Shown one piece after another: positions 46,001 to 58,749 of a stretch of DNA of 64,000 nucleotides. Origin of the DNA: Mobula hypostoma (lineage: Eukaryota); the NCBI RefSeq assembly GCF_963921235.1, contig NC_086108.1:116128001-116192000 (forward strand). Reading direction: 5' to 3'. Both the position numbers and the translations under genes were made by a program. The notes under the pieces were generated by a model that worked only from the letters and a program-made list of their open reading frames with translations, did not search any database and was not told the DNA's origin. How positions within the stretch are numbered: position 1 is the stretch's first letter; the number at the start of each line of letters is the position of its first letter.

Positions 46001-46171
46001 TTCCCTTTCCCAGAAACCCGCTGGGATTTCCGTACCTAGTTTTGACAAAGGTCTGGAGCCTGGATGTTGGTGGCATTTTAAGCGGAACACAGAAGGGTAC
46101 AACACTGGGGGCAGGCTGCTCAGCCCATGGCACCTTGGCAAACATGATGCAGAGTTAAACTCAGTTATTTA

Positions 46172-46705
46172 AGAATCAGAATGAGGTTGATTATTACTGC
46201 CTACATGGCATGAGATTTGTTTTGCTGCAGCCGTACAGTGCAAAGGCATGACATTTCTGTAAACAAGTAAGTAAATATTTTTTTTAAAAAAGGAATGATG
46301 AGGTCATGGACCTTTCAGAAATCTGATGGCAGAGGGGAAGAAAATGTTCCTGAAACGTTAAGTGTGTGGCTTTGGACTCAGGTACCTCCACTCCAACTGT
46401 AGTAATGAGAAGAGGGCATGTCCTACGTGGTCAGGCCCCTCGATGGTGGGTAGCACTCTCCTGAGGCACTGCCTCTTTCAGATGTCCTGGATTGTGAAGG
46501 TTATGATTGTGATGGAACCCTGTGCAGTCTCTTGTGATCTCGAGCACTGGAGTCTACATGCCAGGCAGTGGACCAGTCTCTCAGGATGCTGTCCACTATA
46601 CATCTGTACAAATTTGCTAGAGTCTTTGGTGACATAACCATTCCTCCTGAAACTCCTAATGAAGAAGAGTGGGAGCTGTGCTTCCTTGATGATGGCTTCA
46701 GTGCA
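46172..46705 (-). mobile_element. Rex1/Babar-like LINE 3' fragment
   Basis: Begins with an AATCAGAAT tail repeat and contains tctgatggcagaggggaagaaaatgttcctgaa, the antisense of an FRNIFFPSAIR motif. Homologous to 33378-33765. Confidence 0.65.
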
Positions 46706-46771
46706 GGCTCAGGGACTTAAAGCCATTCATGCTAACCCACACCTGCACATGATCTTTGGAAGGAAATAACC

Positions 46772-46872
46772 AGATGATGTTTCAGGCTGAGAAGGTTTCA
46801 AGTCAACTATTTATTCCTTTCCATAGGTACTGCCTGACCTGATGAATTCATGCAGAATTTTGTGTGTGTAGA
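46772..46872. mobile_element. Short degraded Penelope-terminus remnant
   Basis: ..ctatttattcctttccataggtactgcctgacctgatgaattcatgcagaattttgtgtgtgt resembles 33340-33377/33766-33790 and 40500-40545. Confidence 0.5.
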
Positions 46873-47102
46873 TCATGAATGGAACTGGTTGTCATGGCCC
46901 AGTAACTGGACATTTAATAAAAACAACATTTAATCAGAATAAATCACAGGTTGAATGTTTGAGTCCGGCTCCAATCAGATGGAATTAATCAACTTCACAT
47001 TTCAATGGATATTGATGTGATGAGATTTCAGAAATTAATCTGTGGCTGGATTCTGATTTAAAGGAGCAGGGATTCAACGGGGAGAGATGGGAATGCCAAG
47101 GA

Positions 47103-47618
47103 GTTGAGATTGTGGTGGCATTAAAAATGATCTTTCAAAAATCATTGGACTCTGACATGGTGCCAGAGGACTGGAAAATTGCAAATATCACTCCACTCTT
47201 TAAGAAAGGAGGAAGGCAGCAGAAAGGAAATTATAGACCAGTTAGCCTGACCTCAGCGGTTGGGAAGATGTTGGAGTCAATTGTTAAGGATAAGGTGATG
47301 GTGTACTTGGTGACACAGGACAAGAATAGGACAAAGTCAGCATGGTTTCCTTCAGGGAAAATCCTGTCTGATGAACCTGTTGGAATCCTTTGAGGAGATT
47401 ACACATAGGATAGATAAAGGGGATGCGGTGGATGTTGTATATTTGTGCTTTCAGAAGGCCTTTGACAAGGTGCCACACATGAGGCTGCTTACCAAGTTAA
47501 GAGCCCGTAATATTACGGGAAAGTTACTCAGATGGTTAAGCATCAGTTGATTGGAAGAAGGCAGCGAGTGGGAATAAAAGGATCCATTTCTGGTAGGCTG
47601 CCAGTGACTAGTGGTGTT
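47103..47618 (+). mobile_element. CR1 RT-domain fragment
   Basis: MIFQKSLDSDMVPEDWKIANITPLFKKG..GNYRPVSLTS..; very similar to 48975-49470. Confidence 0.9.
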
Positions 47619-48103
47619 AGACCATAAGACCAGAAGTTATAGGAGCAGAAGTAGGCCATTTGGCCCATCGAGTCTGCTCTGCCATTCAATCATGGGCAGA
47701 TCTAATTCTTCCAGTCATCCCCACTCCACTGCCCTCTCCCCATACTCTTTGATGCCATGGTTAATCAAGAACCTATCTATCTCTGCCTTAAACACACCCA
47801 ATGACTTGGCCTCCACAGCCTTGTGGCAACAAATTCCACAGATTTACCACCCTCTGACTAAAGTAATTTCTCCGCATCTCAGTTCTAAATGGACGTCCTT
47901 CAATCCTGAAGTTGTGCCCACTTGTCCTAGACTCCCCTACCATGGGAAATAACTTTACCATATCTAACCTGTTCAGGCCTTTTAACATTCGGAATAGTTC
48001 TATGAGATACCCCCCTCATTCTCCTGAACTCCAGGGAATACAGCCCAAGAGCTGCCAGACGTTCCTCATACAGTAACCCTTTCATTTCTGAAATCATTCT
48101 TGT
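47619..48103 (-). mobile_element. CR1 3' fragment, antisense
   Basis: The minus strand gives MLKGLNRLDMVKLFPMVGESRTSGHNFRIEGRPFRTEMRRNYFSQRVVNLWN plus a 3' tail (..tcttatggtct). Confidence 0.9.
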
Positions 48104-49862
48104 TTGTTGAATGCCTATGAGATAGTGTTTTAGAACAGTTTGTCGTTGAGCCTACTAGGGGATCAGCTATACTGGATTGGATGTTATGTAATGAACCAGA
48201 GGCGATTAGGGAACTTAAGGTAAAATAATCCTCAGGAACCAGTGATCACAATATGATTGTGTTCAACTTGAAATTTGAACTGGAGAAAGTGAAGTCTAAC
48301 ATAGCAGTATTTCAGTGGAGTAAGGGAAATTACAGTGGTATGAGAGGAACTGGCCAAAGTAAATTGGAAGGAGCTGCTGGCAGGGATGTCAGCAGAGCAG
48401 CAATGGTGTGAGTTTCTGGGTGAAATGAGGAAGGTGCAGGACATGTGTATTCCAAAAATGAAGAAGTACTCAAATGGTAAAATAGTACAACCGTGGCTGA
48501 CAAGGGAAGTCAAAGCTAATGTAAAAACAAAAGAGATGGCATACAACGAAGCAAAAGTTAGTGGGAAGATAGGGGATTGGGAAGTTTTCAAAAACCTACA
48601 GAGAACAACTAAACGAATCATTAGAAGGGAAAAAATGAGTTATGAAAGCAACCTAGCAAATAATATCAAAGTGGATAGTAAGAGCTTTTACATGTGTGTA
48701 AAACAATAAAAGAGAGATGAGACTGTGAGAAAGTGAGGCAGGAGAAATAATAATGGGGGACAAGGAGATGGCAGATGAACGAAATTAGTATTTTGTGTCA
48801 TTCTTCACTGTGGAAGACACTAGCAGTATGCCTGATGTTGTAGTGTGTGAAGGAAGAGAAGTGAGTGCAGTTACTGTTACAAGAGAGAAGGTGCTCAAAA
48901 AGCTGAAAGACCTAAAGGTACATAAGTCACCCGGGCCAGATGAACTGCACCCTGGGGTTCAGAAAGAGGTAGCGTTGGAGATTGTGGTGGCATTATAAAT
49001 GATCTTTCAAGAAATCATTGGACTCTGACATGGTGCCGGAGAACTAGAAAATTGCAAATGTTACTCCACTCTTTAAGAAAGGAGGAAGGCAGCAGAAAGG
49101 AAATTATAGACCAGTTAGCCTGACCTCAGTGATTGGGAAGATGTTAGAGTCAATTGTTAAGGATGAGGTGATGGAGTACTTGGTGACACAGGACAAGATA
49201 GGACAAAGTCAGCATGGTTTCCTTCAGGGAAAATCCTGCCTGATGAACCTGTTGGAATTCTTTGAAGAGATTACAAGTAGGATAGATAAAGGAGATGAAG
49301 TGGATGTTGTATATTTGGACTTCCAGAAAGCCTTTGACAAGGTGCCACACATGAGGCTGCTTACCAAGTTAAGAGCCCATGGTATTACAGGAAAGTTACT
49401 AACATGGTTCGAGCATTCGCTGATTGGTAGGAGGCAGAGAGTGGGAATGAAAGGATCCTTTTCTGGTTGGTTTTGGGACCACTTTTTATGGTGTATATAA
49501 ATGGCGGTGCAGGCTCGAAGGGCCGAATGGCCTACTCCTGCACCTATTTTCTATTTAGATGATGGAATAGATGGTTTTGTTGCCAAGTTTTCAGATGATA
49601 TGAATATTGGCGGAGGGGCAGGTAGTGTTGAGGAAACAGGTAGGATGCAGAAGGACTTAGACAGATTAGGAGAATGAGCAAGAAAGTGGCAAATGAAATA
49701 CAATGTTGGAAAATACATGGTCATCCACTTTGGTAGAAGAAATAAATGTGTGGACTATTTTCTAAATGAGGAGAAAATGCAGGAATCTGAGATGCAGAGG
49801 GACTTAGGAGTCCTTGTGCAGAACACCCTGAAGGTTACCTTGAAGGTTGAGTCGGTGAAGGA
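48104..49862 (+). mobile_element. Decayed CR1 ORF2 segment (EN end, linker, RT)
   Basis: SDHN motif (agtgatcacaat), [57 protein letters not shown]; several stops. Confidence 0.9.
49503..49553 (+). mobile_element. ~50-bp CR1/SINE-type 3' tail inserted in the RT of the host CR1
   Basis: ggcggtgcaggctcgaagggccgaatggcctactcctgcacctattttcta interrupts the tatataaat..ttagatgatgg (YINDLDDG) codons. Confidence 0.7.
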
Positions 49863-49949
49863 AAGAGCAGATGAAGGGAAGGAATTTAAGGTGATACTGC
49901 AGTGATTTAAAGAGACAATGGGCACCAAGAAACATAGTGTTTTTCTTGG

Positions 49950-50337
49950 AATCAAAGAGTACTGCAGCACAGAAACAGGCTCTTTGGCCCATCTAGTCCA
50001 TGCTAAACTATTCATCTGCACCGGGACCACAACCTTCCAGACCCCTCCCATTCATGTACCTACACTTACAGTGGTGTCTGGTTCCACACTCTCACCATCT
50101 TCTGGGTGAAGACATTGCCCCTCATGTTCCCCTTAAGCTTTGAACCTTTCACCCTTAACCAGTTTTAGTCTTGCCCAGCCTCAGTGGAAAAAGCCTGCTT
50201 GCATTTATGCTCTCTATATCGCTCATAATTCTGTGTACCTCTATCAAATCTCCGCTCATTATCCTAGACTCCAGGGAATTAACTTCTAACCTTTCCCTGT
50301 AACTCAATCCTCAAGTCGCAGCAATACCATTGTAAAT
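49950..50337 (-). mobile_element. Degraded CR1 3' fragment, antisense
   Basis: The reverse complement matches the CR1 C-terminus (ggagatttgatagaggtacac..gaggggcaatgtcttcacccagaag) and the tail gggccaaagagcctgtttctgtgctgcagtact. Confidence 0.75.
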
Positions 50338-51252
50338 TGTAATGTGATGCACAAGATTACTCACGGTGCCATATACATTCTCATCTGAATTATTGAGATA
50401 AAAGAGAAACAAATGCGAAGATACATGTGGCGTGACTGCCAGATGGAATATACCAAAATGAATCTCTGCCCCATATAATTTTATACACCATAATACTTTG
50501 GTCTTAAGCAGTAATGTGCTGGCAGATTAAGGGAGGAAATAGGATGTAGGGAGGTTTAAGGGTGATAGAACATACAAAGGCTAAAAGGGATGATGTGATG
50601 AATGGTTAAGTGTGAAACACAGGTTTTAAATTGGTGAAGCACTTTGGGGGTTCAGAGCTGATAGATTAAAATGCAGATGAAACGTGTTGTATGAAGAGCG
50701 GATCGGGAGTAAAATGGAGATGAAATGTGTTGTTAGAAGAGCTGATAGAGGGGGTGTAAAACGGAGAGAGTCATGTTGTATGAAGAGCTGATCGGAAGGG
50801 GGTAAAATGGAGAGAAATGTATTGTTTGAAGAGCTGATCGGGGAGTAAAATGCAGATGAAATGTGTTGTTTGAATAGCCAATCGAGGGGGTAAAATGGAG
50901 AGAAACGTGTTGTATGAAGAGCTGATTGGGCGGTAAAATGAAGATGAAATGTGTGGTGTGAAGAGCTCATAGAGAGGGGTAAAATGAAGATGAAATGTGC
51001 GGTGAGAAGAGCTCCTAGAGAGGAGTAAAATGAAGATGAAATGTGTGGTGTGAAGAGCTCCTAGAGAGGGGTAAAATGAAGATGAAATGTGTGGTGTGAA
51101 GAGCTCCTAGAGAGGGGTAAAATGGAGATGAAATGTGTGGTGTGAAGAGCTCCTAGAGAGGGGTAAAATGGAGAGAAACGTGTTGTAAGAAGAGCTGATC
51201 GGGGGGGTAAAATGGAGAGAACCTAATTGCATGAAGAATTGATCGGGGGGTA

Positions 51253-54200
51253 GAAGGGGACCAATATCCTGGCGGGAAAGTTTAATAGAGCTGTTAGGGA
51301 GGAGTTAAATTAATGGCAGGGGGATGGGAACCGGAATGATAGAGCGGAGGGAGGGGAAAACAGAAATAAATCTAAGATAGTGAGCAGTAAAGATGTCAGG
51401 AAAGACAGGCAGGTGATGGGGCAAATTTGTAGCCATTGGGATGAGTTGCAGTGCAATAAAGTTGCAGTGAAATCAAAGCAAAAAGTATCAAATACTGGTC
51501 TTAAGGTGTTGTACTTAAATGCACGCAGCATAAGAAATAAGGTGGATGATCTTGTTGTACAGCTACAGATTGGCAGGTATGATATTGTGGCCATCACTGA
51601 GACCTGGCTAAAGGATGCATGTCTCTGGGAGCTGAACGTCCAAGGATACACGGTGTATCGGAAGGATAGGAAGGTAGGCAGAGGGGGAGGCGTGGCTTTA
51701 TTGGTAAGAAATGATATTAAATCATTAGAAAGAGGTGATATAGGATCGGAACGTGCAGAATCTTTATGGGTTGAGCTAAGGAATAGCAGGGGTAAAAGGA
51801 CCCTGATGGCAGTTATTTATAGGCCTCCAAACAGCTGCAGAGATGTGGACTACAAATTACAACTGGAAATAGAAAAGGCTTGTCAGAAGGGCAGTGTTAT
51901 GATAATTGTGGGGGATTTTAACATGTGAGTAGATTGGGAAAATCAGGTCAGCACTGGATCTCAAGAGAGAGAATTTATAGAATGTCTGTGAGATGGCTTT
52001 TTAGAACAGCTTGTTGTTGAGCCCACTAGGGGATCGGCTGTACTGGATTGGGTATTGTGTAATGAACCGGAGGTGATTGGAGAGATTGAGGTGAAGGAAC
52101 CCTTAGGAGGCAGTGATCATAACATGATTGAGTTCACTGTGAAATTAGAAAAAGAGAAGCCGAAATCTGATGTGTCGGTGTTTCAGTGGAGTAAAGGAAA
52201 TTACAGTGGCATGAGAGAGGAACTGGCCAAAGTTGACTGGAAAGAGACACTGGCGGGAAAGACGGCAGAGCAGCAGTGGCTGGAGTTTATGCGAGAAATG
52301 AGGAATGTGCAAGACAGGTATATTCCAAAAAAGAAGAAATTTTCAAGTGGAAAAAGGATGCAACCGTGGTTGACAAGAGAAGTCAAAGCCAAAGTTAAAG
52401 CAAAAGAGAGGGCATACAACGAAGCAAAAATTAGTGGGAAGAGAGAGGATTGAGAAGTTTTTAAAACCTTACAAAAGGAAACCAAGAAGGTCATTAAGAG
52501 GGAAAACATGAACTATGAAAGGAAGCTAGCAAACAATATCAAAGAGGATACTAAAAGCTTTTTCAAGTATATAAAGAGTAAAAGACGGTGAGAGTAGATA
52601 TAGGACTGATAGAAAATGATACTGGAGAAATTGTAATGGGAGATAAGGAGATGGCAGAGGAACTGAACAAGTATTTTGCATCAGTCTTCACTGAGGAAGA
52701 CAGCAGTATACCAGACACTCAAGGGTGGCTGGGAAGAGAAGTGTGTGCAGACACAATTACGACAGAGAAAGTACTCAGGAAGCTGAATAGGCTAAAGGTA
52801 GATAAATCTCCTGGACCAGATGGAATGCACCCTCGTGTTCTGAAGGAAGTAGCTGTAGAGATTGCGGAGGCATTAGCGATGATCTTTCAAAAGTCAATAG
52901 ATTCTGGCATGGTTCCAGAGAACTGGAAGATTGCAAATGTCACTCCGCTATTTAAGAAGGGGGCAAGGAAGCAAAAAGGAAATTATAGACCTGTTAGCTT
53001 GACATCCGTGGTTGAGAAGTTGTTGGAGTCGATTGTCAAGGATGAGGTTACAGAGTACCTGGAGGCATATGACAAGATAGGTAGAACTCAGCATGGATTC
53101 CTTAAAGGAAAATCCTGCCTGACAAACCTATTACAATTTTTTGAGGAAATTACCAGTAGGCTAGACAAGGGAGATGCAGTGGATGTTGTATATTTGGATT
53201 TTCAGAAGGCCTTTGACAAGGTGCCACACATGAGGCTACTTAACAAGATAAGAGCCCATGGAATTACGGGAAAGTTACATACGTGGATAGAGTGTTGGCT
53301 GATTGGCAGGAAACAGCGAGTGGGAATAAAGGGATCCTATTCTGGTTGGCTGCCGGTTACCAGTGGTGTTCCGCAGGGATCAGTGTTGGGGCCGCTTCTT
53401 TTTACATTGTACATCAATGATTTAGATTATGGAATAGATGGCTTTGTGGCTAAGTTTGCTGATGATACGAAGGTAGGTGGAGGGGCCGGTAGTGCTGAGG
53501 AAACGGAGAGTCTGCAGAGAGACTTGGATAAATTGGAAGAATGGGCAGAGAGGTGGCAAATGAAGTACAATGTTGGAAAGTGTATGGTTATGCACTTTGG
53601 CAGAAAAAATAAACGGGCAGACTATTATTTAAATGGGGAAAGAATTCAAAGTTCTGAGATACAACGGGACTTGGGAGTCCTCGTACAGGATATCCTTAAA
53701 GTTAACCTCCAGGTTGAGTCAGTAGTGAAGAAGGCGAATGCAATGTTGGCATTCATTTCTAGAGGAATAGAGTATAGGAGCAGGGATGTGATGTTGAGGC
53801 TCTATAAGGCACTGGTGAGACCTCACTTGGAGTACTGTGGGCAGTTTTGGTCTCCTTATTTAAGAAAGGATGTGCTGACATTGGAGAGGGTACAGAGAAG
53901 ATTCACTAGAATGATTCTGGGAATGAGAGGGTTAACATATGAGGAACGTTTGTCCGCTCTTGGACTGTATTCCTTGGAGTTTAGAAGAATGAGGGGAGAC
54001 CTCACAGAAACATTTCGAATGTTAAAAGGCATGGTCAGAGTGGATGTGGCAAAGTTGTTTCCCATGATGGGGGAGTCTAGTACGAGAGGGCATGACTTAA
54101 GGATTGAAGGGCACCCTTTCAGAACAGAAATGCGAAGAAATTTTTTTAGTCAGATGGTGGTGAATCTATGGAATTTGTTGCCACGGGCAGCAGTGGAGGC

Positions 54201-54389
54201 CAAGTTATTGGGTGTATTTAAGGCAGAGATTGATAGGTATCTGAGTAGCCAGGGCATCAAAGGTTATGGTGAGAAGGCAGGGGAGTGGGACTAAGTAGGA
54301 GAAAATGGATCAGCTCATGATAAAATGGCGGAGCAGACTCGATGGGCCGAATGGTCTACTTCTGCTCCTTTGTCTTATGTTCTTATGGT
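51253..54389 (+). mobile_element. Young CR1 LINE: ORF1 tail, complete but inactivated ORF2 (APE-RT) and 3' UTR
   Basis: EN: LKVLYLNARSIRNK..AITETWL..IYRPPNS..GDFNM, SDHN. In-frame TGA stops at 51926, 51988 and 52451 and a frameshift near 52586. Tail TCTTATGTTCTTATGG. Confidence 0.95.
52588..54294 (+). CDS. CR1 ORF2 reverse transcriptase portion (568-aa open frame of a disrupted ORF2)
   Basis: [68 protein letters not shown] motifs. Separated from the EN domain by a frameshift, so probably not expressed as a functional protein. Confidence 0.85.
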   Translation: MRVDIGLIENDTGEIVMGDKEMAEELNKYFASVFTEEDSSIPDTQGWLGREVCADTITTEKVLRKLNRLKVDKSPGPDGMHPRVLKEVAVEIAEALAMIFQKSIDSGMVPENWKIANVTPLFKKGARKQKGNYRPVSLTSVVEKLLESIVKDEVTEYLEAYDKIGRTQHGFLKGKSCLTNLLQFFEEITSRLDKGDAVDVVYLDFQKAFDKVPHMRLLNKIRAHGITGKLHTWIECWLIGRKQRVGIKGSYSGWLPVTSGVPQGSVLGPLLFTLYINDLDYGIDGFVAKFADDTKVGGGAGSAEETESLQRDLDKLEEWAERWQMKYNVGKCMVMHFGRKNKRADYYLNGERIQSSEIQRDLGVLVQDILKVNLQVESVVKKANAMLAFISRGIEYRSRDVMLRLYKALVRPHLEYCGQFWSPYLRKDVLTLERVQRRFTRMILGMRGLTYEERLSALGLYSLEFRRMRGDLTETFRMLKGMVRVDVAKLFPMMGESSTRGHDLRIEGHPFRTEMRRNFFSQMVVNLWNLLPRAAVEAKLLGVFKAEIDRYLSSQGIKGYGEKAGEWD

Positions 54390-54490
54390 AAAATGGGGAT
54401 GAAATGTGATGTATGAGGAGCTGATTGAGAGGGGGAAAGTGTCAATGAAATGTGAAGAGCTGATAGAGGGGGGTAAAATGGAGATGAAAT

Positions 54491-57400
54491 CTCCAGGGAC
54501 AAGTTGTAGAGGTCACATCTCTGACACCGAGACTGGACTCTCAGCTCAGAAGGGAAGGAGGGAAAAGAGGAGAACAGTTGTGATGGGGGTTTCGATAGTT
54601 ACGGGGATAGATAAAAGGTTCTGTGGAAGAGATCGAGAATCCCGGATGGTCTGTGCCTCCCTGGTGCCAGGGTCCGCGATATCTCAGATCGAGTTCTCGG
54701 TATTCTCAGGAGGGAGGGTGAGCAGCCAGATGTTGTGGTCCATGTAGGGACCAGTGACGTGGATAGGAAGGAGGAGGAGGTCCTGCAAAGAGAGTTTAGG
54801 GAGTTAGGTGCAAAGTTGAAGGACAGGACCTCCAGGGTTGCAATCTCAGGATCGCTACCAGTGCCACGTGCTAGTGAGGCTGGAAATAGGAAGATAATGC
54901 AGCTGAATACGTGGCTAAGGAGATGGTGCAGGAGGGAGGGCTTCATGTTTCTGGACAATTGGGCCTTGTTCCAGGGAAGGTGGGACCAGTTTCGATGGGA
55001 TGGGTTGCACCTGAACTGGAGGGGGACTAACATCCTTGCGGGAAGGTTTGCTGGTGCTGCTCTGGGGGGTTTAAACTAGATTTGCAGGGGGAGGGGAACC
55101 AGAGTGTTAGAGCAGATAGTGAGGTGGAGGAGGATAAAGGTCATGCGAGGACTGCAAGTATAGTGCATGGAGTAAAGCCAGATCTAACACATAAAGAGGC
55201 TTTGAGGAAAGAGAAGCAGAATAAACAGTGTAAAGGTAGTAAGGTAGAAGGGCTAAAGTGCGTGTACTTCTAAGCAAGAAGCATCAGGAACAAAGGTGAT
55301 GAACTGAGAGCTTGGATACATACATAGAATTATGATGTAGTGGCCATTACAGAGCCTTGGCTGGCACCAGGGCAGGAATGGATTCTCAATATTCCTGATT
55401 TCAGTGCTTTAAAAGGGATAGAGCGGTGGGGGAAGGGGAGGAGGGGTGGCATTACCGGTCAGGGATACTATTACAGCTACAGAAAGGATGGGTAATGTAG
55501 CAGGATCCTCTTTTGAGTCAGTATGGGTAGAAGTCAGGAAAAGGAAGGGAGCGGTTACTCTATTGGGAGTATTCTATAGGCCCCCTGGTAGCAGCAGAGA
55601 TACAGAGGAGCAGATTGGAAGGCAGTTTTTGGAAAGGTGCGAAAATAACAGGGTTGTTATCATGGGTGATTTAACTTCCCTAATATTGATTGGCACCTGA
55701 TTAGTTCCAATGCTTTAGATGGGGCAGAGTTTGTTAAGTGTGTTCAGGACAGATTCCTGTCACAATATGTTGACAGGCCGACTAGGGGGAATGCCATACT
55801 GCATCTAGTATTAGGTAACGAACCAGGTCAAGTCACAGATCTCTCAGTGGGTGAGCATCTGGGAGACAGTGACCACGGCTCCCTGGCCTTTAACATTGTC
55901 ATAGAAAAGGATAGAATCAGAGAGGACAGGAAAATTTTTAATTGGGGGAGGGCAAATTATGAGGCTATAAGGCTGGAACTTGCGGGTGTGAATTGGGATG
56001 ATGTTTTTGCAGGAAACGTACTATGGACATGTGTTGAAGTTTAGGCTCTCTCGCTGGATGTCAGGGATAAACTTGTCCCGGTGAGTAAGATAAAAAAATG
56101 GTAGGGTGAAGGAACCATGGGTGACAAGTGAGGTGGAAAATCTAGTCAGGTGGAAGAAGGCAACATTCATGTGGTTTAGGAAGCATGGATCAGATGGGTC
56201 TATTGAGGAATATAGGGAAGCAAGAAAGGAGCGTTAAGAAAGGGCTGAGAAGAGCAAGAAGGGGGCATGAGAAGGCCTTGGCGAGTAGGGTAAAGGAAAA
56301 CCCCAAGGCATTCTTCAATTATGTGAAGAACAAAAGGATGACAGGAGTGAAGGTAAGACCGATTAGAGATAAATATGGGAAGATGTGCCTGCAGGCTGTG
56401 GAAGTGAGCGAGGTCCTCAATGAATACTTCTCTTCGGTATTCACCAATGAGAGGGAATTTGATGACGGTGAGGACAATATGAGTGAGATTAATGTTCCTG
56501 AGCATGTTGATATTAAGGGAGAGGAGGTGTTGGAGTTGTTAAAATACATTAGGACAGGTAAGTCTCTGGGGCCTGACGGAATATTCCCCAGGCTGCTCCA
56601 CAAGGCGAGGGAAGAGATTGCTGAGCCTCTGGCTAGGATCTTTATGTCCTCGTTGTCCACGGGGGTGGTACCGGAGGATTGGAGGGAGACGAATGTTGTC
56701 CCCTTGTTCAAAAAAGGTAGTAGGGATAGTTCGGGTAATCATAGACCAGTGAGCCTTATGTCTGTGGTGGGAAAGCTGTTGGAAAAGATTCTTAGAGATA
56801 GGATCTGTGGGCATTTAGAGAATCATGGTCCGATCAGGGACAGTCAGCATGGCTTTGTGAAGGGCAGATCATGTCTAACAAGCCTGATAGAGTTCTTTGA
56901 GGAGGTGACCAGGCATATAGATGAGGGTAGTGCAGTGGATGTGATCTATATGGATTTTAGTAAGGCATTTGACAAGGTTCCACATGGTAGGCTTATTCAG
57001 AAAGTCAGAAGGCACGGAATCCAGGGAAGTTTGGCCAGGTGGATTCAGAATTGGCTTGCCTGCAGAAGGCAGAGGGTGGTCGTGGAGGGAGTACATTCAG
57101 ATTGGAGGATTGTGACTAGTGGCGTCTCACAAGGATCGGTTCTGGAACCTCTACTTTTCGTGATTTTTATTCACGACCTGGATGTAGGGGTAGAAGGGTG
57201 GGTTGGCAAGTTTGCAACAACACAAGGGTTGGTGGTGTTGTAGATAGTGTAGAGGATTGTCAAAGATTGCAGGGAGACATTGACAGAATGCAGGAGTGGG
57301 CTGAGAAGTGGCAGATGGAGTTCAACCCAGAGAAGTGTGAGGTGGTACACTTTGGAAGGACAAACTCCAAGGCAGAGTACAAAGTAAATGGCAGGATACT

Positions 57401-58100
57401 TGGTAGTGTGGAGGAGAAGAGGGATCTGGTGGTACATGTCCACAGATCCCCGAAAGTTCCCTCACAGGTAGCTAGGGTAGTTAAGAAAGCTTATGGAGTG
57501 TTAGCTTTCCTAAGTCGAGGGATAGAGTTTAAGAGTTACAGGGTAATGATGCAGCTGTATAAAACTCTGGTTAGGCCACACTTGGAGTACTGTGTCCAGT
57601 TCTGGTCACCTCACTATAGGAAGGATGTGGAAGCATTGGAAAGGGTACAGAGGAGATTTACCAGGATGCTGCCTGGTTTAGAGAGTATGCATTATGATCA
57701 GAGATTAAGGGAGCTAGGGCTTTACTCTTTGGAGAGAAGGAGGATGAGAGGAGACATGATAGAGATGTACAAGATAATAAGAGGAATAGATAGAGTGGAT
57801 AGCCAGCACCTCTTCCCCAGGGCACCACTGCTCAGTACAAGAGGACATGGCTTTAAGGTAAGGGGTGGGAAGTTCAAGGGGGATATTAGAGGAGGGTTTT
57901 TTATGCAGAGAGTGGTTGGTGCGTGGAATGCACTGCCTGAGTCAGTGGTGGAGGCAGATGCACTAGTGAAGTTTAAGAGACTACTAGACAGGTATATGGA
58001 GGAATTTAAGGTAGGAGGGTTATATGGGAGGCAGGGTTTAAGGGTTGGCACAACATTGCAGTGCGAAGGGCCTGTACTGTGCAGTAGTGTTCTATGTTCT
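54491..58100 (+). mobile_element. CR1 LINE with ORF1 esterase and decayed ORF2
   Basis: ORF1: VVMGVSIV (GDS-like block), VVHVGTSD, DGLHLNWRGTN. EN: FYRPPGS, IMGD, GDSDH. RT spans 56185-58050 with frameshifts. Tail GTGTTCTATGTTCT ends at 58100. Confidence 0.93.
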
Positions 58101-58749
58101 ATTTTACCCCCGATCATTACTTCATACAACACATTTCATCTACATTTTCCTCCCTCTCGATGAGCTCTTCATACAAAACTATTCATTTCCATTTTACCCC
58201 CCGATCAGATCTTCATACAACAAGTTTCTCTCCATTTTACCCGACCCCCGATCTGCTCTTCATACAACACATTTCTCTCCATTTTACTATTCTAAGTTCT
58301 ATGAAATGTGTTCTATGAGGAAATGATCAAGGTGGGGGGGTAAAATGGAGAGAAACATGTATGAAGAGCCGATCCGGGGGGGTGGGGTAAAATCGAAATG
58401 GAACATGTTGTAAGACGAGCTGACAGAGGGAGTTAAAATAGAGATTAAATGTGTTGTATGAACAAATGATCCAGGGGGTTAAATAGAGATGAAATGTGTT
58501 GTCTGAAGGGCTGATCGGGGGGCTAAAATGGAGATAAAATGTGTGAAGAAATGATCGAGTGAGGTAATATGGAGAGAAATATGCTGTGTGAAGAGCTGAT
58601 GGAGAGGGGATAAAATGGAGAGAAACTTGTATGAAGATTTGATTGGAGGGGTAAAATGGAGATGAATCGTTTTGTATGAAGAGCTCCTTGAGTGGGAGGA
58701 AAATGTAGATGAAATGTGTTGCATGAAGAAATGATTGGGGGTGTAAAAT

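Noticed and set aside
52588..54294. Retron, group II intron or domesticated RT gene
   Set aside because: The motifs, the upstream APE domain and the 3' tail identify an ordinary CR1 LINE ORF2 with disabling mutations.
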